Assembly: GCA_965227775.1 (NCBI GenBank)
Contig: OZ245777.1
Coordinates: forward strand, 768,001-832,000
Direction: 5' to 3'
DNA: 64,000 nucleotides
Source of the DNA: Phycisphaerales bacterium
GTDB taxonomy: Bacteria; Planctomycetota; Phycisphaerae; Phycisphaerales; UBA1924
The translations under genes and the position numbers were made by a program. Below the pieces are notes generated by a model. That model was given only the letters and a program-made list of their open reading frames with translations. It ran no database searches and was not told the origin of the DNA. Positions 1 to 6,761 of this stretch are shown in pieces; within the stretch, counting starts at the first letter, position 1; every line of letters begins with the position of its first letter.

Positions 1-2
1 AA

Positions 3-560
3 CGCACGCAGATGGATAGCCGTGTGAACGAGATGCCTTATGCAGAGGGCTCGCGTCAGGGAGGGTTCATCTATGCGACGAGCCCCAGTGGCGAGCAGAT
101 CGGCGTGGGCGAGAGCAAGGCGGGCATGATCGAAGAAACGCTCAGCGACGGCTCAACCGCCAGTCGACTGCGCGCGTATGGCTCGATGACGTATGCCGGA
201 TTCAAGAGCTACCTCTATGCCGATCTGCCCAAGGACGACGTTCGCGTCACGGCTGCCCAGATGTGGATTGGCGAGAACTACACGCTCGAAGAGAACCCCG
301 GCATCGGCACGGACGGGTATTACTACTACATCCTCACGTTCTCACGCGCGCTCGATGCCTTCGGCGAACCGACGCTCCAGGTCGTCGCCGATGACCGTTC
401 GAGGCGCGACGTGAACTGGGCCGACGATTTGATCGATCAGCTCGCCAAGCTCCAGAACGATGACGGCTCCTTCCGCTCGGTCGATGACCGCTGGATGGAG
501 AACAACCCCGTGCTGATCACCGCGTACACGCTGATTGCGCTGGGCGAGGTGCTCGACTGA
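3..560 (+). CDS. Prenyltransferase/squalene-cyclase-like repeat protein, C-terminal part (5' truncated by window edge)
   Basis: YGSMTYAGFKSYLYA, LEENPG, YYYY and QNDDGSF..W motifs resemble planctomycete prenyltransferase-repeat proteins; frame open from the window start. Confidence 0.65.
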   Translation, partial: RTQMDSRVNEMPYAEGSRQGGFIYATSPSGEQIGVGESKAGMIEETLSDGSTASRLRAYGSMTYAGFKSYLYADLPKDDVRVTAAQMWIGENYTLEENPGIGTDGYYYYILTFSRALDAFGEPTLQVVADDRSRRDVNWADDLIDQLAKLQNDDGSFRSVDDRWMENNPVLITAYTLIALGEVLD

Positions 561-2312
561 TCACAATCCCGTCGCGACGACGCCGGTTCGTTGCTCGTCG
601 AGCACCCGGTGGACATCTTGGATACAGATCGATCCCTCGCCGACGGCGCTTGCGACCCGCTTGACGCTGCCGGCCCGAACGTCGCCCGCGGCAAACACGC
701 CCGGCAGGCTCGTCTCGAGCGGGTGCGGCGGTCGCTCGAGCGGCCATGAACCACCGCTCTGATCGGCCTGCCCGACGGCGCCGCCCGTGCACACGAAGCC
801 GTTCTCGTCGAGATCGAGCGTGCCGCGAAGCCAGTCGGTGTTCGCAATTGCACCGATCATGAGGAACACGTGACGGATGGGCTTGCTGGTGGTCTCGCCC
901 CCGCAACGCCACTCGACGGACTCGAGCCAGCCGTCACCGGAAAGCGACACGAGCGAGGCCTCGGTCAACAGGCTGATGCGTTCGGAAGACTTGATGCGTT
1001 GCAGCAGGTAGTCGCTCATGCTCTTGGCCGGGCTCTTGCCACGGATGAGCATGTGCACGTGCCGGGCCTGCCCGCTCAGGTAGACCGCGGCCTGGCCAGC
1101 AGAGTTGCCGCCGCCCACGACGACGACCTCTTCCCCGCCGCACAGGTCCGCCTCGACGGACGTCGCGGCGAAGTGGATGCCGTTGTTCTCGAATCGACCC
1201 GAATCATCGATCGAGAGCCGGCGCCAGCGGGCGCCGTTCGCGATCACGACGCTGCGTGTGCGCACCGGCTCTCCCTGATCGAGCTCCAGCTCGTACCCAC
1301 CGCCGTCACGCTTGCATGTGTTGAGCTTCGTGACACGCCGGGGCAGCGTGAGGCGGGCGCCGAACTTCTGCGCCTGCACCTGGGCGCGATCGGCCAGCTC
1401 CTGGCCACTCAGGCCGACGGGGAAGCCAAGGTAGTTCTCGATCCGGCTGCTGCTGCCGGCCTGGCCGCCCGGCGCTTCGGACTCGATCACGAGCGTCGAG
1501 AGGCCCTCGCTGGCGGCGTACGTCGCGGCCGCCAAGCCCGCCGGCCCGGCGCCGATGACCGTCACGTCGTACACGTGCGAATCCGTCGGCACCTCGGTCA
1601 GGCCCAGGCACTCTGCCAGCTTCGCGCGGCTGGGCTTGCGCAGCATCGATCCGTCGGGGCAGATCGCCACGGGCAGATCCTCGCGTGCGATCGAATGCGA
1701 GGAATTCGTGTCGACAATCCCCTTGGCCGCCTCGTCATCAAACCGCAGCACGCGAACGGGATGGGCGTTTCGACGCAGGAACCGCTCGAGTTCGAGCATG
1801 CCCGCGGTCGTCTTATCGCCGATGAGCGTAACCGCGCCCTGCGCGTGATCCACGAGCCCCATCCGCCTCAGGATGAACGCGCGCAGCACGATGTTGCCAA
1901 TGTCCGGCTCGGCGGTCATCAGGCGCGCGAACTGGTCTCGTGGCACACGGATGATGCTCGGCTGCTCGCACCGGGCATCGTCGACCATCACACGACCGCT
2001 GACGAGGATCTTGCGATCGCTGAACAGGTCGAGCTCGCCGGTGAAGCCGCCCTCCTTGTGGACATGCACGACCTCGGGCTCGGCCGCGTCGGGCGCACCA
2101 TGGAAGATCTCGACGCGACCCTTGAGGATCACGAAGAAGTCGACCGACCGCTGGCCTTGCTCGAACAGGAGCGCCCCGCACGGCAAGTGCTCGACCGAGC
2201 CGAACCGCTCGATCCGCTCCAGGTGCTCGTCGCTCAGTCGCGGAAACGCGTGCCGGTCATCGCGCGTGGCCGACCCGGGTGGTGAGGACGGAGTCCTGGG
2301 CTTGGAGTGCAT
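561..2312 (-). CDS. Cyclic-nucleotide-binding-domain FAD-dependent oxidoreductase (thioredoxin reductase-like)
   Basis: N-terminal cNMP-binding fold (LFEQGQ..FFVILKGRVEI..GELDLF); GAGPAG and GGGNSAGQ Rossmann motifs; ETSLPGVFAAGDV; start set at ATG 2312. Confidence 0.9.
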   Translation of the reverse strand: MHSKPRTPSSPPGSATRDDRHAFPRLSDEHLERIERFGSVEHLPCGALLFEQGQRSVDFFVILKGRVEIFHGAPDAAEPEVVHVHKEGGFTGELDLFSDRKILVSGRVMVDDARCEQPSIIRVPRDQFARLMTAEPDIGNIVLRAFILRRMGLVDHAQGAVTLIGDKTTAGMLELERFLRRNAHPVRVLRFDDEAAKGIVDTNSSHSIAREDLPVAICPDGSMLRKPSRAKLAECLGLTEVPTDSHVYDVTVIGAGPAGLAAATYAASEGLSTLVIESEAPGGQAGSSSRIENYLGFPVGLSGQELADRAQVQAQKFGARLTLPRRVTKLNTCKRDGGGYELELDQGEPVRTRSVVIANGARWRRLSIDDSGRFENNGIHFAATSVEADLCGGEEVVVVGGGNSAGQAAVYLSGQARHVHMLIRGKSPAKSMSDYLLQRIKSSERISLLTEASLVSLSGDGWLESVEWRCGGETTSKPIRHVFLMIGAIANTDWLRGTLDLDENGFVCTGGAVGQADQSGGSWPLERPPHPLETSLPGVFAAGDVRAGSVKRVASAVGEGSICIQDVHRVLDEQRTGVVATGL

Positions 2313-2391
2313 GGCGGATCGTACCATCACACCCGGCTGAGGTAACGAGCGAATGGTGCTCACCGGCGCGCATGCACGTTTCGTAAAGCTG

Positions 2392-2421
2392 AAAACGCCG
2401 CGCCCGCTCTCGCGGGCGGCG
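2392..2421 (-). terminator. Rho-independent terminator after the slipin gene
   Basis: Minus strand CGCC-GCCCGC-GAGA-GCGGGC-GC-GGCG followed by TTTT, just after the stop codon. Confidence 0.7.
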
Positions 2422-2423
2422 GG

Positions 2424-3566
2424 CTACTGGGTTGCCTGCTCCGCATCACTGCGGAGCATGCTGGTCACCTGGTCGCCAAGGCTCTGCTGGCCCGAGCCGA
2501 ACACGAAGGTGGTCTTGGCGCCGCGCAGGATCTCCTGCAGCGCCTCGAGCTCACGCAGACGCGCCAGCGCGGGGTTGTCGGCCAGCAGCTTCGCCGTGTT
2601 GGCCTGGCTGCGGACCGCCGCCGTCTCCTCACGACGACGGATGAGGTTCGCCTCGGCCTGCTTCTGGGCGACGATGACCTCGTTCAGGATCACCTTCATG
2701 TCGCCCGGCAGGATCACGTCCCGCAGGCCGACACTCAGGACCGAGACACCAAACTCCGCCGCACGCGACGCGAGCCGGTTGCGGATCTGCGAGCCCACCT
2801 CGTCCTTGTCGGCGAGGAGCTGCTCGAGCGTGCGCCCGCCCACTGCGGTACGCAGCTCAAGCTGGGCCTCGCGGTAGAGCGCCTGCGACCAGTCGGTCAC
2901 TTCCGTGACGGCCTTGGCCGGGTCGGCCACGCGGTGGGTCACCACCAGGTTCATGCGCAGCGTCACCTTGTCGGCCGTCATGATCTCCTGGCCCTGGATA
3001 TCGGCCACCTGCTCGCGCAGGTCGACGCTCTTCCAGGTCACGCTCGCGCCGCCCTTCCAATACACGAAGAGCCCGGGGCCGAGCTGGTCGACCAACTCAC
3101 CGTCTCGGAAGAGCATCACGCGCTCGTGGCTCTCCACGCGCAGCCCGCTTAGCAGCGTCGAGCCGCCGGGGAAGCCCAGGATCGCCTCGAGCTTGGGGTG
3201 CACGAAGCGACCTTCGTGCACGCTGAACCGCTCGACCTCGATGGTCGCCGGCGCGCGCCAGAAGGCGTGCAGCCCGCCGGCCAGGATCGCGCCAAGCCGA
3301 CCGTCGACCCATACGAGCGCCCGCTCGTCGTCCTTCAGATCGACGATCGTGAGGCGAGACGCCAGGCGCTGGTCGCCCACGAGCGCCCGCAGGCGCTCGT
3401 GCTCGAAGCGCGGGCGCAGCGTGTCGATGACCTCGACGCGATCGCGCTGGCTCCAGGGCCAGACGTTGGGCATGCGATACACGCCCGGCTCGAGCACGCG
3501 GTGGAGCTCGCCGTGGCGGAACCACAGGCCGAGCTCGAGCGTGCGTACGCGGATGGTCTTGAGCAT
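2424..3566 (-). CDS. Slipin family (SPFH/band-7) protein
   Basis: Three N-terminal E(R/L)xxxxxxG..L.(P/G)G.(Y/H/F) repeats, then QEIMTADKVTLRMN, LRDVILPGDMK, RREETAAVRSQANTAKLL; SD AAGGAG upstream of ATG 3566. Confidence 0.9.
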   Translation of the reverse strand: MLKTIRVRTLELGLWFRHGELHRVLEPGVYRMPNVWPWSQRDRVEVIDTLRPRFEHERLRALVGDQRLASRLTIVDLKDDERALVWVDGRLGAILAGGLHAFWRAPATIEVERFSVHEGRFVHPKLEAILGFPGGSTLLSGLRVESHERVMLFRDGELVDQLGPGLFVYWKGGASVTWKSVDLREQVADIQGQEIMTADKVTLRMNLVVTHRVADPAKAVTEVTDWSQALYREAQLELRTAVGGRTLEQLLADKDEVGSQIRNRLASRAAEFGVSVLSVGLRDVILPGDMKVILNEVIVAQKQAEANLIRRREETAAVRSQANTAKLLADNPALARLRELEALQEILRGAKTTFVFGSGQQSLGDQVTSMLRSDAEQATQ

Positions 3567-3664
3567 GTCAGACGCTCCTTTCTCCGATCGGTGAATCGAA
3601 AACCAGGTGAACCCAGGAAACAACACGATCCCTGCGATCCGCGGACGCACGACGGCAAATGCAA

Positions 3665-3916
3665 GCCAGAAGAGTCCCGAAGCCACTTCCACGCCCGCGT
3701 CGGGCCGGGGAGCCGGGCTTGAGTCGCCGCAGTGAGCGCTCGGCGCCGTTCGGGTTGCCCAGGGCTCGCCGCGTTTAACAAGGAACGCGAGCGTGCCCGG
3801 AGCGCGCCGGAGGGGCGTTGCGCTGTACGGCACCGGTATCTGCCCGACCACTGGCCGCCCGGAGCGGTCCCCCATGTCCTCGCATAGCGATGCCATGCAT
3901 CGCGCCGCTCGGACGG
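3665..3916 (-). ncRNA. Candidate large multi-stem structured RNA upstream of slipin
   Basis: Nested complementary segments seen by eye: 3905-3916/3855-3867, hairpin 3887-3903, 3842-3848/3699-3705, 3827-3834/3742-3749. Confidence 0.45.
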
Positions 3917-3961
3917 GGGTGCGTGGTGGTGGTGGGTGGTCCCCTGGCTTACGTGACAGCT

Positions 3962-4028
3962 CCAGACCTGAATCTGGCGGGCTCTGAACCCGGGGGGGAG
4001 TCGAACCCCCATTGGCGTGCAAGGCCAA
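3962..4028 (-). ncRNA. tRNA-Ala-like element in apparently circularly permuted order
   Basis: TTGGC-CTTGCAC-GCCAA anticodon arm, GGGGG-TTCGACT-CCCCC T-arm, CGGGTTC-A-GAGCCCG acceptor strands, CCAGA-TTCAGG-TCTGG D-like hairpin. Confidence 0.55.
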
Positions 4029-4032
4029 CCTG

Positions 4033-4105
4033 TGTGCGATGCCAGACTCGAACCGGCGACACCGGAGATCTCGCTCCGTGCTCTGACCAACTGAGCTAAT
4101 CGCGC
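4033..4105 (-). ncRNA. tRNA-like element with a 6-nt anticodon loop (pseudo-tRNA or tRNA mimic)
   Basis: GCGCGAT TA GCTC AGTTGGTCA GAGC A CGGAG CGAGAT CTCCG GTGTC GCCGG TTCGAGT CTGGC ATCGCAC A; C2.A71 mismatch; no U33. Confidence 0.8.
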
Positions 4106-4187
4106 ACCAACCGCTACCGGCAGAACCCATGTCTCGAAACACGCTCACCCGACGCGGGCGCGTGTCGACGGACGGCAGCGTTTGGAA

Positions 4188-4254
4188 AGGACGCGGAAGG
4201 ACTCGAACCTTCCAATCGCGCACCGCGTGCGCGGGCCGCCCACTCGGGGCGTCC
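4188..4254 (-). ncRNA. tRNA-like element lacking an anticodon loop
   Basis: GGACGC/GCGTCC acceptor, GGAAGG-TTCGAGT-CCTTCC T-arm, reduced D-arm; CGCGCAC-GCG-GTGCGCG hairpin in the anticodon-arm position. Confidence 0.65.
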
Positions 4255-4332
4255 ATGGGACCGTCGTGCGTCTGCGGATGTCAGAGAGCAGCGAGGGCCA
4301 GTCCCTCGCACGAAACCGAGTCAACGAACCAG

Positions 4333-4419
4333 TGGGCCGGGCAGGACTCGAACCTGCGGTGTTTGCCTCGTGGGTGCCCGGTTTACAGCCGGGGAGCTTC
4401 GCCGCTTGCATACCGACCC
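4333..4419 (-). tRNA. tRNA-Tyr(GTA), divergent; CCA not encoded
   Basis: GGGTCGG/CCGGCCC-A acceptor, CCCGG-CTGTAAA-CCGGG anticodon arm, 19-nt variable region, GCAGG-TTCGAGT-CCTGC T-arm; weak D-stem. Confidence 0.85.
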
Positions 4420-4438
4420 GAATCAGAAACCTCTGCAA

Positions 4439-4512
4439 TGACCCCGGCAGGATTCGAACCTGCACTGAGCGGATTCTGAATCCGCCGCCTCTGCCTGTTG
4501 GGCTACGGGGCC
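4439..4512 (-). tRNA. tRNA-Leu(CAG) with a short (5-nt) variable region; CCA not encoded
   Basis: GGCCCCG TA GCC CAACAGGCAGA GGC G GCGGA TTCAGAA TCCGC TCAGT GCAGG TTCGAAT CCTGC CGGGGTC A. Confidence 0.9.
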
Positions 4513-4859
4513 CGTTGTTATGTTCTCGCCGTCCAGGTGCACCGATCGCGCACACGGTTGCAAGAACCGAAACTCACACGACAACCGTGCGCCCGTCCAG
4601 CGGGAACCCGATCGTCAACACAATGTCGCACCGGCCCCGGAAGGGGAACTCGCCGCCGACGGCCCGACCTGATTGGAAGGGGATGGCGTCGGCTCGCGGG
4701 TTCCGCTGCCGACGCCGGGCGATTAGCCAGACGTTCGCGGCAGCATTCCATCTTCGACCAACAGGCCGAATTGCAGGCTTGCAAGATACCACGCATCGCG
4801 TGGCGACTTGTCGGCGCCTTGCTTCATCGAGATGGAGTGCTGCAACGTCATAGGCCGAG

Positions 4860-4888
4860 AGTTTTCCACACGAATCACCCGCCGTCAA
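4860..4888 (-). promoter_or_regulatory. Possible sigma70-type promoter for the tRNA/slipin unit
   Basis: Minus strand TTGACG-N17-AAAACT; the -10 match is imperfect. Confidence 0.3.
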
Positions 4889-4914
4889 GCGGATATCGCA
4901 AAAACTTTACATCT

Positions 4915-4950
4915 GATGCCGTGTTGCAACAACCACTGCAACGCGGCATC
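4915..4950 (-). terminator. 14-bp inverted repeat downstream of the dienelactone hydrolase (terminator or operator)
   Basis: GATGCCGTGTTGCA-N8-TGCAACGCGGCATC with one imperfect pair. Confidence 0.5.
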
Positions 4951-5009
4951 GAGTTGGATTTCATGTTCGAAGCGGGCCGTACGAGATCGATCAAACGTGC
5001 AGCACGAAG

Positions 5010-5864
5010 CTACCCGAGATCGCTCGGCATCGCTTGCTCGAACCAGTCCCGCATCGCTCGCCACGAGCGCTTGTCTGCCGTCTCGTCGTACGCGGCGCCC
5101 TTGCCCTCGGCGGGCGGACCGGCGGCCTTGCTCGTGAAGCTGTGAACCGCGTTGGCGTAGTCGATGAACACAAAATCCGCCTCGGCCTGCTGCATCTCGC
5201 GCTTGAAGTCCTGGCGATCTTCGAGCGACACGTACGGATCGTCGTAGCCGTTGCACACCAGCACGCTGGCGGTCACCTGTCCGCGGCGTGGCGCGCTCTC
5301 AAAGCTCAGGCCGCCATGAAAGCTGACGACCGCGTCGAAGTCAAAACCGTGGCGAGCGCACTCGAGCACGACGGTGCCGCCGAAGCAGTAGCCGATGGCG
5401 CCGAGGTTGTCGGTGAGCTTGCGCTGGTCCTCGAGCGCATCGATGGCGGCCTGCACGCGGCCTCGCATGAGCTGGCGGTCCTCGTAGTAGATGCCGGCGA
5501 GCTTGGCGGCCTCTTCGTTGTCCTTCGCGCGCACGTTCTGGCCGTACATGTCGATCGCGAACGCGCGGTAGCCAAGCTTGGCGAGCATGCGCGCGCGTTC
5601 CTTCTCTTCGTCACCCAAGCCACGCCACGCGTGCACGACGAGCACGGTGCCGATCGGATCGCCGCCGGCGGGCTCGACGACCAGCCCCAGCAGCCTCGTG
5701 CCCTCGTGCTCATAGGCGAGCTCGTACTCCTGCTGCAGACGATCCGACCAGCGGCGCGGCTCGAGCGGGCGCTCGGGCGGCGTCGGTCCCTGCTGGGCCA
5801 TCGCACAAACGGCCAGGGTCAGGATGGTCGCGATGGTCACGAGCGCGTTGAGCGGGGTGGACAT
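5010..5864 (-). CDS. Dienelactone hydrolase family protein with signal peptide
   Basis: GYCFGG nucleophile, VSFHGGL, D-P-Y-V and AVHSFT motifs; hydrophobic N-terminus; SD GAGGAG. Confidence 0.9.
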   Translation of the reverse strand: MSTPLNALVTIATILTLAVCAMAQQGPTPPERPLEPRRWSDRLQQEYELAYEHEGTRLLGLVVEPAGGDPIGTVLVVHAWRGLGDEEKERARMLAKLGYRAFAIDMYGQNVRAKDNEEAAKLAGIYYEDRQLMRGRVQAAIDALEDQRKLTDNLGAIGYCFGGTVVLECARHGFDFDAVVSFHGGLSFESAPRRGQVTASVLVCNGYDDPYVSLEDRQDFKREMQQAEADFVFIDYANAVHSFTSKAAGPPAEGKGAAYDETADKRSWRAMRDWFEQAMPSDLG

Positions 5865-5951
5865 GGTTGGTCTCCTCAGCCAGAGCGCGATCGCTCTGCC
5901 GCAAGAGGGTACCACCGGGCACCCGCGAGGTTGCCGGCTTGGGGTTGGCCC

Positions 5952-6581
5952 TCAGGCCGCACGCTCAGTCGGGATGAATGAATCGAGCAGCGCTCGCACG
6001 GTGGGCATGGCAACCACCGCGGCGTCGTTGCGCTCGTGGACGTGACGCAGCAGCAGCGTTCCCTCGACGAGGATGGTGAACTGATCCGCGAACGCCTCGG
6101 CGTCGGTCGCGCCCGCTTGGGCGGCCATATCGCGGATGGCGTTACGGGTCTTCTTTTTGTGGGCGACGGCGGCCTGATGCACCGGGTGACGCGGATCGGT
6201 GAACTCGGCCGCAACATTCACGAAGATGCAGCCCCGGTACTCCGGATCGTTGAACCAGCGATCGAGCACGGTGAAGAACGCGAGCAACTGGTCTCGTGGA
6301 TCGTCGCCGGCGATGGTGCGGATGGCGCGCATCCAAGCCTCACTCTCCCACTCGTCACGCTGGCGTACGCAGGCGACGAAGAAGTCATCGCGGCTCTCGA
6401 AGTGGTTGTAGAAGGTCGTCTTCGTCACACCGGCAAGGTCGATGACCTGATCGATGCCCACCGCCTGGAACCCGTAGCGGTAGAACAACTCGAGCCCCGC
6501 GGAAATGAGGCGGGCCTTGCCGGTCTTCGGCTGCGGCGGAAGGCCCAGCAGTTCGACGATGGTCTTGTCAGCACCTTCCAT
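5952..6581 (-). CDS. TetR/AcrR family transcriptional regulator
   Basis: LELFYRYGFQAVGIDQVIDLAGVTKTTFYNHFESRDD HTH; RGCIFVN motif. Confidence 0.92.
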   Translation of the reverse strand: MEGADKTIVELLGLPPQPKTGKARLISAGLELFYRYGFQAVGIDQVIDLAGVTKTTFYNHFESRDDFFVACVRQRDEWESEAWMRAIRTIAGDDPRDQLLAFFTVLDRWFNDPEYRGCIFVNVAAEFTDPRHPVHQAAVAHKKKTRNAIRDMAAQAGATDAEAFADQFTILVEGTLLLRHVHERNDAAVVAMPTVRALLDSFIPTERAA

Positions 6582-6620
6582 GTCTGGCTCTCCCTGCGAC
6601 CGAGTGGCGACCGGGAAGGG

Positions 6621-6659
6621 GTGCACGTGGAGTCCACCCAAAGTGGACCCCGAGTGCAC
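6621..6659. promoter_or_regulatory. Palindromic operator array between the divergent TetR and OsmC genes
   Basis: GTGCAC-N5-GTCCAC-N5-GTGGAC-N5-GTGCAC. Confidence 0.55.
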
Positions 6660-6761
6660 TGTTCGATGGCGGGCCAATCGGCATCATTTCCCTGGTTGGA
6701 GCGACAGCCGAGATTGACCGGCGACCAACCACGAAGTGACCCAACTATAGGAGGTTTCCCG

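Noticed and set aside
3923..3940. (GGT)n-like simple repeat
   Set aside because: Short and imperfect; treated as an unstructured linker, not a phase-variable tract
3600..4010. Two-piece (permuted) tmRNA, suggested by an Ala-type acceptor followed by a long structured RNA
   Set aside because: No CCA, no intervening segment, an anticodon arm is present, and no tag reading frame or tmRNA 5' motif was recognised; an Rfam/ARAGORN scan would settle it
3567..4256. N-terminal ~230-codon extension of the slipin ORF in the ORF track
   Set aside because: It overlaps tRNA-like elements, the translation is low-complexity, and a clear SD precedes ATG 3566; an open frame is plausible by chance at high GC
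4606..4766. Y RNA candidate (GGTCGAAG ... TTGAC on the minus strand)
   Set aside because: The closing helix is weak, there is no T-loop module, and no TROVE/Rsr gene is in the window
6036..6761. Long N-terminal extension of the OsmC ORF; similar over-extensions in the track at 45775, 48486, 53089 and 54615
   Set aside because: The extensions overlap genuine neighbouring genes; real starts are supported by SD sites or gene coupling
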